From Phyllobates terribilis (Eukaryota), in the NCBI RefSeq assembly GCF_046119375.1, contig NW_027362769.1:278442001-278506000 (forward strand): a stretch of DNA of 64,000 nucleotides, in the 5' to 3' direction. Made by a program: the position numbers and the translations under genes. Under the pieces are notes generated by a model that did no database searches, was not told the DNA's origin, and saw only the letters and a program-made list of their open reading frames with translations. Below are positions 14,113 through 25,833 of the stretch, in pieces (positions within the stretch are counted from its first letter, which is position 1; each line of letters begins with the position of its first letter).

Positions 14113-14496
14113 GTCAGACTGTTCAGATACAGCAACTCTCGTTCCATAAACTAGTGATCTTTATTAAAGGGAACCTGTCAGGTTCAGCTTGGTGTACGTG
14201 ACCCGGCTTCAGAGGCTCAATGCAGTGAAGGAAAGAAGCTGCGCTCATGTTCAATGTTTGTATAGCGCTAGCGATGACGCTGACGATTGTAAGTTATGTA
14301 CATGCTAAGTGAGCGACTAGTCTGGGGACAGTTTATTATAAATCGGTGGACGGCACTTTGGTCAAGGGTGCTCGAGAAAGGATTCCAACCCGTAACTAAA
14401 ATAATTCTAGTTACTCGGCACTCAATAACATTTTTAAATTATTTAATTTTCAAGAAAATACTTTATTTTTGGCTTTTTTCATATGCAATCCAAAAT

Positions 14497-14533
14497 TACG
14501 TAACGTTTCGACCTTTATATTGGTCTTCCTCAA
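14497..14533 (-). ncRNA. Minimal hammerhead-ribozyme-like motif (mirror of 24730-24766)
   Basis: Minus strand TTGAGGA-A-GACC-aatataaa-GGTC-GAAA-CGTTACGTA. Position 3 is U rather than C. Confidence 0.45.
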
Positions 14534-15167
14534 ACACTGTGTATACATAATGAACAAAAGAAAATCACATTACCATCCATGTCAAAAATACATCAGTTTA
14601 GTCACACAAAAAAAATGTCTGTTCAAAAAAATACAATTTCTATATTCTCAAAGAATTGATATGTGGTAGAAATCATAGTATACAAATGGATATACATCAA
14701 GCACAAATACACATATATGTATCTATAAATATACACAAGCAGGAAGTTCAGTGTCATAGTCAATTGTATCACATATTATCTAACATCACTTATTGTACCA
14801 ATATCAAGAGTATAACTTCTCAAGCGGTATCATTAGTATTTTTTATAAATAAATGAAAAATGCCAAAAAAGGAATTAATCTCCATCCGAACTTAAGATGG
14901 TAGTGGACCCTTCAAACTTCAGGAAACCTTCACCAGAGATAAGCTAGGAAAAAAAAATCAAGAGAGACAGATAGAACAGGTTATAAAAGATATGAGCTTA
15001 CCAGATTGGTAGGGAAATACCTCCTGGATTCTGCACTCTTGTGAAAAACGTGTACCACGTGTGAATCAGTGCTACCTGTTACCTTGCCCAGCTCGTGTTT
15101 TATGCTCTAGCCCCGGAAATAGATGTGTATGACTACATTACCTGATCAAAGTCCCACCCCATTGTGT

Positions 15168-15370
15168 GTCACATGACCAGTACCTCTGGCGTTATCTCAT
15201 TCAGCAGAGAGCTCCACCCCCCAACATGTATATCTCCCACTTATAGTGTCATATGACGCTCCTAATAGTACCTCACCCCATTCGCGTCACATGACGCTCC
15301 TAGATAATACCTCCCCGGTCGCGTCATCTGACGCTCACAATAGCGCCTCCTCCCACTCGCGTCATACGAC
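15168..15370. promoter_or_regulatory. Cluster of palindromic gcgtca(n2)tgacgc / gtcacatgac motifs in the Penelope 3' repeat (mirrored at ~23900-24100)
   Basis: Motifs at 15168, 15248, 15284, 15321 and 15359; last four spaced 36-38 bp. ATF/CRE and E-box hybrid appearance. Confidence 0.4.
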
Positions 15371-15476
15371 TCTCTCGGAGATGATTCCCTCCCGCCTCAT
15401 GATTTTATGCTACAGGAAAGCGCTCACATATAACGCCCCTTATGTATCTGGCTGAAATTCTATATTGAAAGATATC

Positions 15477-17073
15477 CAGTACAGACCAAAGTTTGGACAC
15501 ACCTTCTCATTTAAAGATTTTTCTGTATTTTCATGACTATGAAAATTGTACATTCACACTGAAGGCATCAAAACTATGAATTAACACATGTGGAATTATA
15601 TACTTAACAAAAAAGTGTGAAACAACTGAAAATATGTCTTATATTCTAGGTTCTTCAAAGTAGCCACCTTTTGCTTTGATGACTGCTTTGCGCACACTCT
15701 TAGCATTCTCTTGATGAGCTTCAAGAGGTAGTCACCGGAAATGGTCTTCCAACAATCTCGAAGGCATTCCCAGAGATGCTTAGCACTTGTGGGCCCCTTT
15801 GCCTTCACTCTGCGGTCCAGCTCACCCCAAACCATCTCGATTGGGTTCAGGTCTGGTGACTGTGGAGGCCAGGTCATCTGGCGTAGCACCCCATCACTCT
15901 CCTTGTTGGTCAAATAGCCCTTACACAGCCTGGAGGTGTGTTTGGGGTCATTGTCCTGTTGAAAAATAAATGATGGTCCAACTAAACGCAACCCGGATGG
16001 AATAGCATGCCGCCGCAAGATGCTGTGGTAGCCATGCTGGTTCAATTTTGAATAAATCCCCAACAGTGTCACCAGCAAAGCACCCCCACACCATCACACC
16101 TCCTCCTCCATGCTTCATGGTGGGAACCAGGCATGTAGAGTCCATCCGTTCACCTTTTCTGCGTCGCACAAAGACACGGTGGTTGGAACCAAAGATCTCA
16201 AATTTGGACTCATCAGACCAAAGCACAGATTTCCACTGGTCTAATGTTCATTCCTTGTGTTCTTTAGCCCAAACAAGTCTCTTCTGCTTGTTGCCTGTCC
16301 TTAGCAGTGGTTTCCTAGCAGCTATTTTACCATGAAAGCCTGCTGCACAAAGTCTCCTCTTAACAGTTGTTGAAGAGATGTGTCTGCTGCTAGAACGCTG
16401 TGTGGCATTGACCTGGTCTCTAATCTGAGCTGCTGTTAACCTGCGATTTCTGAGGCTGGTGACTCAGATAAACTTATCCTCAGAAGCAGAGGTGACTCTT
16501 GGTCTTCCTTTCCTGGGGCGGTCCTGATGTGAGGCAGTTTCTTTGTAGCGCTTGATGTTTTTTGCAACTGCACTTGGGGACACTTTTATAGTTTTCCCAA
16601 CTTTTTCGCACTGACTGACCTTCATTTCTTAAAGTAATGAGCTGCTTTTTTCTTGCCATAATACAAATTCTAACCGTCTATTTAGTAGGACTATCAGCTG
16701 TGTATCCACCAGACTTCTGCACAACACAACTGATGGTCCCAACCCCATTTATAAGGCAAGAAATCCCACTTATTAAACCTGACAGGGCACACCTGTGAAG
16801 TGAAAACCATTTCCGGTGACTACCTCTTGAAGCTCATCAAGAGAATGCCAAGAGTGTGCAAAGCAGTCATCAAAGCAAAAGGTGGCTACTTTGAAGAACC
16901 TAGAATATTAGACATATTTTCAGTTGTTTCACACTTCTTTGTTAAGTATATAATTCCACATGTGTTAATTCATAGTTTTGATGCCTTCAGTGTGAATGTA
17001 CAATTTTCATAGTCATGAAAATACAGAAAAATCTTTAATTGAGAAGGTGTGTCCAAACTTTTGGTCTGTACGG
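15477..17073 (-). mobile_element. Tc1-family DD38E (Intruder-type) transposon, frameshifted
   Basis: TIR cagtacagaccaaagtttggacac / gtgtccaaacttttggtctgtacgg. [12 protein letters not shown] and SPDLNPIE motifs lie in split ORFs 15596-16226. Absent from the mirror arm (empty site ~23785). Confidence 0.93.
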
Positions 17074-17513
17074 TATACATATGTACTACCCCTAACAGTG
17101 TGACATTATCTTAATTGGGATCATTGTGGTACCTCTCTAGATAAAATATCCTCACATCAATTGATTGTCAGCAAGCTATATAGAAGGGGAGGACAAAAGG
17201 AAAAATAAAGTGGAAGAAACGCAGGAGAAAAAACGTAAAAGAAAATAAAGGAAACTAGAGAGAGAGGAGGGGGAGAAAATGGAAGAAAGGCGGGAAAGAA
17301 AGGGAGGAGGAGGGGGAAAGGAGGAAGACACGGGGGGGAGTGGAGGGGGAGAACGAGGGAGGGGCCGGTGATGGGGGGGGGATTCTTTAAAGATATATAA
17401 ACAGAGGAAACCAAAGGAGAGGAAAAAATAGTTACATACCCATATGTGAAGATCACCACCACCACAACCTTTTAACAATTCTGAAAAAGAAAAGAATCAA
17501 ATTAGAACGTGAA

Positions 17514-20060
17514 TCACAGATAACTGGAAACATCATATTCCTTATTAAGCCCTTTCTGGCGTAATGTTTAAAGGCGAAAAATCCAAAAGGCTTTGTTTTA
17601 ATGTTTTTATTCGGTTACCCCCTCGTCTGGGAACTCCAATTTGTTCCAGTACCTGAAATGTGAGTTGAGTTATTGTATGTTTTGGCTCAATAAAGTGGCA
17701 AGATAGTAGCAGACCGATTTTTTTTACACCGTGTACTCGACTTATGTTGAGATATTCTATCACGTATATGTTGTGTGGTCTCCCACACATACATCAAACC
17801 ACAAGGACATTTTATGCCATAGACCACATAGGATATCTCACATGTAAACAATCCCTTAATGGGTATCCCTTCACCTGTGTGCGGATGATATACTTTATCA
17901 CCTTTCAATATGTGGTTACATTGAAAGCACTGAAGACGTGGAAAAGTTCCGTTTCTCCTAGATGACAAAAACCGTTGTGTAGGTAATTTAATTCCCGAAC
18001 CTACATCGGCTTTGACTAACCTGTCTTTTAAATTTGTTGGTCTCCTGAAACAGGGTAAAACAGGACTCTGGAATTCCTCTACTCCTGGACAGCCTTGTGC
18101 CAAAATGTGCTAATATCTACGGATTTGGCGATGTATTTTATATGCAAAAGGGTGGAAATCGTGGACAAATGCCAGTCGTTTACCCAGTATCCTCATTGGT
18201 ACCTGGTCAGTTTCTCCTGCTATAGAGAGTGTTTGTTCCGGATATCCCCTACTGCGAAATTTACTCTGCATTTCTTATCTCATTTCTTGCTGAACGGGGT
18301 CGGAAACTATTCTTTCTACTCTTTTAAATTGGGACTTTGGAATGGCTTTTTTAGTGGCTGTGGGATGGCAACTTTCATAATATAGAAGACTATTGCGATC
18401 TGTTTCTTTAGTGTATAAATCAAAAGTCAAAGAGCTTTCCCTCTTAATGACTGTAGTATCTAAGAAATTCACTTGATTCTCACTATATTGAATAGTGAAC
18501 TTGATTTCTGGCCACACATCATTCAAAAACTCATGAAAGATCAAAAGGGAGTTTAATGGGCCCCCCATATGCAAAAAATATCGTCTATAAATCTTTTCCA
18601 CATCACCGCATGTTGTTTAAATAATGGATGTACATACATGAAAGACTCCTCGAAACTCGCTATATAACAATTTGCATATGGGGGGTCCACATTGGACCCC
18701 ATTGCTGTTCCCCGTTTCTGTTGATAAAACGTATCCTGAAACAGAATTTTTTTTCATACAATACAATTTTGAGTATGTCCATATAAAAAGATCTGACCAA
18801 ACCAGCATGTCCTGTTCGTTTAAGTAGATCATCTACCGCTGAGAGTCCCTTATCATGCACTATAGAGGTATACAAACTTTTACCGTTACGGGTCCGGATG
18901 GTGGAACCATCTGGAGGGACCAGAGGGGCGTAACGAAGTGCCTACCCGGACCGACCCTGGCTATACGACGGCTTAGTCGACTCCTTGAACCAAGGAGGGA
19001 CCGGGAAGGTTAACCAGGTGCCACTCTGGGACCGACCTCATGTAAGAGCAGGCGACTCCCACAGGGCTGACAGCCGAAGCAGACTGGCACGACAGATGGG
19101 CTGACAGATGTGCAAAATCTCATTAACATAATACTTAGTGTCCATAATCTCGATTGCTCCCCCCTTATCCGCAGGTTTTATGGTCAAATCCTTATCCTCC
19201 ATCAATGAATCAAGGGCTTGTTTATCCAAACTACTCAAATTTGATGTACAATGTAAATGGCCCTTATCAATTTCCCGTTTAAAACTGGCAACCTCACTTT
19301 CTAGCAAAGAAATAAACATTTGCACAGGGTGATTATTTTTTGGTGGCATAAAGCTACTTTTCACTCTAAGACCAAATGATTATATAGAAACTAATGCCTT
19401 ACTAGGTTCGCTGGTGTTCAAATGTCCATTCTCTTTATTGAAAAATGCCCTCAATCTTATATTCCTATAAAATCTTTATAAATCCATGTCCAACTTAAAG
19501 AAATTAAACCTATATGATGGACAAAAAGATAATCCTTTTTGTAATACTGCTAATTGTGCAGGGCCTAAAGTTTTAGGCGAAATATTAACCGGAAGTAGAG
19601 TTCTTATACCTGTGATCTGGTTACTCTTTGAAAAGTCATGTCTTCTCCTCCCTTGTCCTCCCCGTCGCAATTTCTTCTTCGATTGTACCTGTGTTTTGAT
19701 CCTAAAAAAGTCGGTTGTTGATGATTTTCTCTTGTATACCTTTCGCTGTCCGTACTGGAGTATGAAGTGTCTGGTGAAACTCATCGACCTCGGGAGAAGA
19801 AGCGTCTGGTTTCCTGCCTTCTGTAAACTCAGTTCTGTATATAGTCCTTGGCGTCTCTAATAAACTTGGACTGTTTCCTCTTTTCCGATTCTTGATGATG
19901 GTTTACAAGATTATTCTCTATCTTTTCCTTCAAAGAGGTAAAATCCTCTGCTTTCAACGTTGTTTTTAGTTGGGATTCAATTTCATCTATTTTGGACTTA
20001 GTTGATATTGATTTCTGGAGATGATCAACCGTTAAGACCATTAAATCATGAGCATTTTTA
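17514..20060 (-). pseudogene. Penelope-like ORF remnant (N-terminal region, RT, GIY-YIG endonuclease)
   Basis: Peptides VNISPKTLGPAQLAVLQKGLSFCP, IKPADKGGAI, VNFLDTTV, SLLYYESCHP, VVYGIKCPCGLMYV-ETT, GLNKEY. Multiple frameshifts and stops. Confidence 0.92.
18880..19108. mobile_element. ~230-bp LTR-derived filler replacing ~390 bp of Penelope RT
   Basis: gaggggcgtaac...cgacggc...ggaggga aligns loosely with the LTRs at 41110-41270 and (reverse) 61060-61275. The corresponding RT segment is present in the + arm (20268-20655). Confidence 0.6.
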
Positions 20061-21464
20061 TTTCTTTAAGTTGATAGAAAGTGAAGTTGCCAGTTTTAAA
20101 CGGGAAATTGATAAGGGCCATTTACATTGTACATCAAATTTGAGTAGTTTGGATAAACAAGCCCTTGATTCATTGATGGAGGATAAGGATTTGACCATAA
20201 AACCTGTGGATAAGGGGGGAGCAATCGTGATTATGGACACTAAGTGTTATGTTATTGAGATTTTATCACAATTACAGGATGATAATGTGTACTTACCTTT
20301 GAAATGTGATCCATCTTCGAATATTTCAAGAAAAATAGAGTGTACTTTACAACAATATCTGGGTTTAGGAGTGATAGATATGAAAACATATGAATTTTTG
20401 ACTAAAAGTAATCCTATTACTCCCGTTTTTTACACTCTTCCAAAAATACATAAACGATTAAATAATCCCCCTGGACGACCAATTATTGCATAAACTGAAT
20501 CCATATTATCCCCATTATCTATACTACTAGAGAAAGCACTTACACCTCTAATTTGGGGTACTAAATCATTTATTTGAAACACAGGTGATTTTATAGGATC
20601 GATCAAGAATTTGGATATTCCCGCTGAGAGTATCCTGGTGACGTGGGATATAAATAGTTTGTATACCTCTATAGTGCTTGATAACGGACTCTCAGAAGTA
20701 AATGATCTACTTAAATGAACAGGACATGCTGGTTTGGTCAGATCTTTTTATATGGACATGCTCAAAATTGTATTGTATGAATAATTTTTTTTTTGACTTT
20801 TGATTCATACACTAAGGAAACAGATCGCAATAGTCTGCTATATTATGAAAGTTGCCATCCCACAGCCATTAAAAAGGCATTCCAAAGTCCCAATTTAAAA
20901 GAGTGGAAAGAATAGTTTCAGACAGAACCTGTTCAGCGAGAAATAAGGTTGAAGGAAATGCAGAGTAAATTTCGCAGTAGGGGATATCCGGAACAAACAC
21001 TCTCTATAGCAGGAGAAGCTGACCAGGCACCAATGAGGATACTAGGTAAACGACTGGCATTTATCCACGATTTCCACCCTTTTGCATATAAAATACATCA
21101 CCAAATCCGTAGATATTAGCACATTTTGGCACGAGGCTGTCCAGGAGTAGAGGAGTTCCAGAGTCCTGTTTTACCCTGTTTCAGGAGACCAACAAATTTA
21201 AAAGACAGGTTAGTCAAAGCAGATGTAGGTTCGGGAATTAAATTACCCACACAACGGTTTTTGTCATCTAGGAGAAATGGAACTTTTCCATGTCTTCAGT
21301 GCCTTCAATGTTACCACATATAGAAACATGATAAAGTATATCATCCGCACACAGGTGAAGGGATACCCATTAAGGGATTTTTTACATGTGAGATATCCTA
21401 TGTGGTCTATAGCATAAAATGTCCTTGTGGCTTGATGTATGTGGGGGAGACCACACAACATATA

Positions 21465-23099
21465 CAGTGGGTACGGAAAGTATTCAGACCCCTTTAAATT
21501 GTTCACTCTTTGTTTCATTGCAAACATTTGGTAAATTCTAAAAAGTTAATTTTTTTTTCTCATTAAAGTACAATCTGCACCCCATCTTGACTGAAAAAAA
21601 AACAGAAATGTAGAAATTTTTGCAAAATTTATTAAAAAACTAAAGCTGAAATATCACATGGTCATAAGTATTCAGACCCTTTGCTCAGACACTCATATTT
21701 AAGTCACATGCTGTCCATTTCCTTGCAATCCTCCTTGAGATTGTTCTACTCCTTCATTGGAGTCCAGCTGTGTTTAATTAAACTGATAGGACTTGATTTG
21801 GAAAGGCACACACCTGTCTATATAAGACCTCACAGTTCACAGTGCATGTCAGACCAAATGAGAATCATGAACTCAAAGGAACTGCCCAAGGAGCTCAGAG
21901 GCAGAATTGTGGCAAGGCACATATCTGGCCAAGGTTATAAAAGAATTTCTGCATTACTCAAGGTTCCTAAGAGCACAGTGGCCTCCATAATCCTTAAATG
22001 GAAGAAGTTTGGGACCACCAGAAGTCTTCCTAGACCTGGCCGTCCAGCCAAACTGAGCAATCGTGGGAGAAGATCCTTGGTGAGAGAGGTAAAGAAGAAC
22101 CCCAAGATGACTGTGGCTGAGCTCCAGAGATGCAGTAGGGAGATGGAAGAAAGTTCCACAAAGTCAACTATCACTGCAGCCCTCCACCAGTCAGGCTTTT
22201 ATGGCCGAGTGGCCCAACGGAAGCCTCTCCTCAGTGCAAGACATATGAAAGCCTGCATAGAGTTTGCTCAGAAACACAAGAAGGACTCCAAGAGTATGAG
22301 AAATAAGATTCTCTGGTCTGATGAGACAAAGAAAGAACTTTTTGGTGATAATTCTAAGCAGTATGTGTGGAGAAAACCAGGCACCGCTCATGACCTGCCC
22401 AATACAATCCCAACAGTGAAACGTGGTGGCAGCATCATGCTATGGGGGTGTTTTTCAGCTTCAGGGACAGGACGACTGGTTGCAATTGAAGGAAACATGA
22501 ATGCGGCCAATAACAGAGATATCCTGGATGAAAACCTCTTCAAAAGTGCTCTGGACCTCAGACTTGGCCGAAGGTTCACCTTCCAACAAGACAATGACCC
22601 TAAGCACACAGCTAAAATAACAAAGGAGTGGCTTCAGAACAACTATGTGACCATTCTTGTCTGGCCCAGCCAGAGCCCTGACCTAAACCCAATTGAGCAT
22701 CTCTGGAGAGACCTGAAAATGGCTGTCCACCAACGTTCACCTTCCAACCTAACGGAACTGGAGAGGATCTGCAAGGAAGAGTGGCAGAGGATCCCCAAAT
22801 CTAGGTGTGAAAAACGTGTTGCATCATTCCCAAGAAGACTCATGGCTGTACTAGCTCAAAAGGGTGCTTCTACTCAATACTGAGCAAAGGGTCTGAATAC
22901 TTATGACCATGTGATATTTCAGTTTTTCTTTTTTAATAAATTTGTGAAAATTTCTACATTTCTGTTTTTTTTCAATCAAGATGGGGTGCAGAGTGTACTT
23001 TAATGAGAAAAAAATGAACTTTTTAGAATTTACCAAATGGCTGCAATGAAACAAAGAGTAAAAAATTTAAAGGAGTCTGAATACTTTCCGTACCCACTG
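21465..23099 (+). mobile_element. Tc1 DD34E transposon, 1635 bp, TA TSD
   Basis: TA|cagtgggtacggaaagtattcagac ... gtctgaatactttccgtacccactg|TA. Long TIRs; absent from the mirror arm (~17765). Confidence 0.97.
21867..22883 (+). CDS. Tc1 transposase, 338 aa, open frame
   Basis: MNSKELPKELR..., [23 protein letters not shown] with D-34-E spacing. No stop from ATG 21867. Lacks one residue in the usual HGGG-S motif (KRGGS). Confidence 0.9.
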   Translation: MNSKELPKELRGRIVARHISGQGYKRISALLKVPKSTVASIILKWKKFGTTRSLPRPGRPAKLSNRGRRSLVREVKKNPKMTVAELQRCSREMEESSTKSTITAALHQSGFYGRVAQRKPLLSARHMKACIEFAQKHKKDSKSMRNKILWSDETKKELFGDNSKQYVWRKPGTAHDLPNTIPTVKRGGSIMLWGCFSASGTGRLVAIEGNMNAANNRDILDENLFKSALDLRLGRRFTFQQDNDPKHTAKITKEWLQNNYVTILVWPSQSPDLNPIEHLWRDLKMAVHQRSPSNLTELERICKEEWQRIPKSRCEKRVASFPRRLMAVLAQKGASTQY

Positions 23100-24729
23100 T
23101 ACGTGATAGAATATTTCAACATAAGTCGAGTATACGGTGTAAAACAATCGGTCTGCCACTACCTTGCCACTTTATTGAGGCAAAACATACAATATCTCAA
23201 CTCACATTTCAGGTACTGGAACAAATTGGAGTTCCCAGACGAGGGAGTAGCCGAATAAAAACATTAAAACAACGGGAAGCCTTTTGGATTTTTTCGCCTC
23301 CAAACGTTACACCTGAAAGGGCTTAATAAGGAATATGATGTTTCAAGTTATCTGTGATTCACGTTCTAATTTGGTTCTTTTCTTTTTCAGAATCGTTAAA
23401 AGGTGGTGGTGATCTTCACATATGGGTATGCAACTATTTTTTCCCCTCCTTTGGTTTCCTCTGTTTATACATCTTTAAAGTCTCCCCCTCTCTCCAGCCC
23501 CTCCCTCGTTCTTCCCCTCCACTACCCACCTGTGAATTCCTCCTTTCCCCCTCCTCCTCCCTTTCTTTCCCGCCTTTCTTCCATTTTCTCCCCCTCCTCT
23601 CTCTCTAGTTTCCCTTTTTTCTTTTGCGTTTTTTCTCCTGCGTTTCTTCCCCTTTATTTTTCCTTTTGTCCTCCACTTCTATATAGCTTGCTGACAATCA
23701 ATTGATGTGAGGATATTTTATCCAGAGAGGTACCACAATGATCCCAATTAAGATAATGTCACACTGTTAGGGGTAGTACATACATATATATCTGTCAATA
23801 TAGAATTTCGGCCAGATACATAAGGGGCGTTATATGTGAGCGCTTTCCTGTAGCATAAGATCATGAGGCGGGAGGGAATCATCTCCGAGAGAGTCGTATA
23901 ACGTGAGTGGGAGGAGGCGCTATTATGAGCGTCAGATGACGCGACCGGGGAGGTATTATCTTGGAACGTCATGTGACGCGAATGGGGTAAGGTACTATTA
24001 GGAGCGTCATATGACACTATAAGTGGGAGATATACATGTTGGGGGGTGGAGCTCTCTGCTGAATGAGATAACGCCAGAGGTACTGGTCATGTGACACACA
24101 ATGGGGTGGGGCTTTGATCAGGTAATGTCGTCATACACATCTATTTCCGGGGCTAGAGCATAAAACACGAGCTGGGCAAGGTAACAGGTAGCACTGATCC
24201 ACACGTGGTACACGTTTTTCACATGAGTGCAGAATCCAGGAGGTATTTCCCTACCAATCTGGTAAGCTCATATCTTTTATAACCTGTTCTATCTGCCTCT
24301 CTTGATTTCTTTTCCTAGCAAATCTCTGGTGAAGGTTTCCTGAAGTTTGAAGGGTCCACTACCATATTAAATTTGGATGGAGATTAATTCCTTTTTTGCC
24401 ATTTTTCATTTATTTATAAAAAATACTAATGATACCGCTTGAGAAGTTATACTCTTGATATTGGTACAATAAGTGATGTTAGATAATATGTGATACAATT
24501 GACTATGACACTGAACTTCCTGCTTGTGTATATTTATAGATACATATATGTGTATTTGTGCTTGATGTATATCCATTTGGATACTATGATTTCTACCACA
24601 TATCAATTCTTTGAGAATATAGAAATTGTATTTTTTTGAACAGACATTTTTTTTTGTGTGACTAAACTGATGTATTTTTGACATGGATGGTAATGTGATT
24701 TTCTTTTGTTCATTATGTATACACAGTGT

Positions 24730-24766
24730 TTGAGGAAGACCAATATAAAGGTCGAAACGTTACGTA
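24730..24766 (+). ncRNA. Minimal hammerhead-ribozyme-like motif near Penelope 3' end
   Basis: TTGAGGA-A-GACC-aatataaa-GGTC-GAAA-CGT-T-ACGT-A. Stem II 4 bp, palindromic stem III, GUA triplet; stem I weak. Confidence 0.45.
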
Positions 24767-25764
24767 ATTTTGGATCGCATATGAAAAAATAAATAATATT
24801 CTTGAAAATTAAATAATTTAAAAATTTTATTGAGTTGAATTAGTCTGGGGACAGTAACGCCACATCCACTAGTCTAAGGCCTCATTTACATATCATAAAC
24901 AGACTTTAAAAATAGTGTTTCGAAAGATCTGTTTTTGTGTGTAATGTAATATAGCGACTGTTAGGAAGGGTGTTTATATATGCAGACCCAACTGCCGGTG
25001 GTTCTGGGGGTACATGGAACCTGACAGGCTGCCTTTAAGCAGTTAACACAGTATGGAAAGTGTGACTTCAAATAAAAGACTTTTCAGCTCATCCCGAGCC
25101 TTGTTCTGATAGCCACTAGAAAAATTGTAAAAGTTGTGAGGCAGTGAGAGGGATCATATGCGAGGGACGGTACGTATTCCCCAGGATGTGCATATAAGCA
25201 TATTGAACCCGCTGGAGTGCATTACAATCACAGAAACCGCTTTGGTTGCAGTGCAGAATAAAAGTAAAGTTTGGACTTGGTCAAACTATTTGGCTAATTT
25301 GGATTTAAGAAAGTCGGCATGGGTTTTTATTTTGGGAGTGAACTATAGGTGGCAGTGGGGCAGTCCACTCCCTCCAGCCCGGGTCTTGCATGTGGCTCAT
25401 GGCAACAGATTCCATTTAAAAACCTGCAGCAAAGGTTTGGGTGTGTCAGTGTTGGGATTGCTAGCAGCAGAGCAGGAAGCTCTGCACTGCAAGCCTGTGT
25501 AAAGCTGAGCACAGGCCTGTGAAGGCGACGTATCTGATGCACCCTAAGTGACACGGCACGGCCGTCTCCAACGGCAGCAGGTTTATACTGTATGGATATC
25601 CCGGCTGCGATCCGGAGGACAGCTTTTGCATTTGAGTTGTGAGTTTTTGGCAATTAAAGATGTTTAAGTTGGACTTTCTTTGGGTCACTGCTCATTACTG
25701 CACAGTGAGAACATCGCCACACTACAAAGTATAGATCAGAGACATAGCATAATAAATTAAAGAT

Positions 25765-25771
25765 ATGTATA

Positions 25772-25829
<58 letters not shown>
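25765..25829. repeat. (TA)n microsatellite
   Basis: Direct inspection. Confidence 0.95.

Positions 25830-25833
<4 letters not shown>

Larger units (their letters stand above)
20060..23357 (+). pseudogene. Penelope-like RT/GIY-YIG remnant, second copy (interrupted by Tc1)
   Basis: IKPVDKGGAIVIMD, FYTLPKIHK...PPGRPII, LVTWDINSLYT, CLQCLQC, AIKCPCGLMYVGETT. Contains stops and an internal deletion at ~20795. Confidence 0.92.
14333..24840. mobile_element. Penelope-like retroelement insertion: two 5'-truncated copies head-to-head (10.5-kb fold-back), 15-bp TSD
   Basis: Direct repeat tagtctggggacagt at 14318-14332 and 24841-24855. Sequence from 14420 onward is the reverse complement of sequence from 24835 backward. 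RT and GIY-YIG remnants on both strands; inversion junction ~20060. Confidence 0.9.
14168..25034. mobile_element. TTAA-flanked Kolobok/T2-type MITE (~345 bp) split by the Penelope fold-back insertion
   Basis: TTAA|agggaacctgtcagg at 14164-14182 and cctgacaggctgcct|TTAA at 25020-25038. The host halves rejoin across the duplicated 15-mer. Confidence 0.75.

Noticed and set aside
17157-17478. Hydrophobic Phe/Pro/Ser-rich ORFs (also 23354-23705)
   Set aside because: Low-complexity purine/pyrimidine tract in the Penelope 3' UTR.
21681-21866. N-terminal extension of the 400-aa ORF call
   Set aside because: Lies in the TIR/UTR; Tc1 homology starts at ATG 21867.
23232-23260. cagacgagggagtagccgaa as a hammerhead core
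   Set aside because: Lies in the GIY-YIG coding region (PRRGGNR-like), core positions are wrong and there is no stem III.
25040-25760. Unique-looking segment with ORFs 25327-25653 and 25461-25688 and a gtgagt donor-like site at ~25640
   Set aside because: No recognisable domain and no consistent acceptor-frame-donor set; needs BLAST/RNA-seq.
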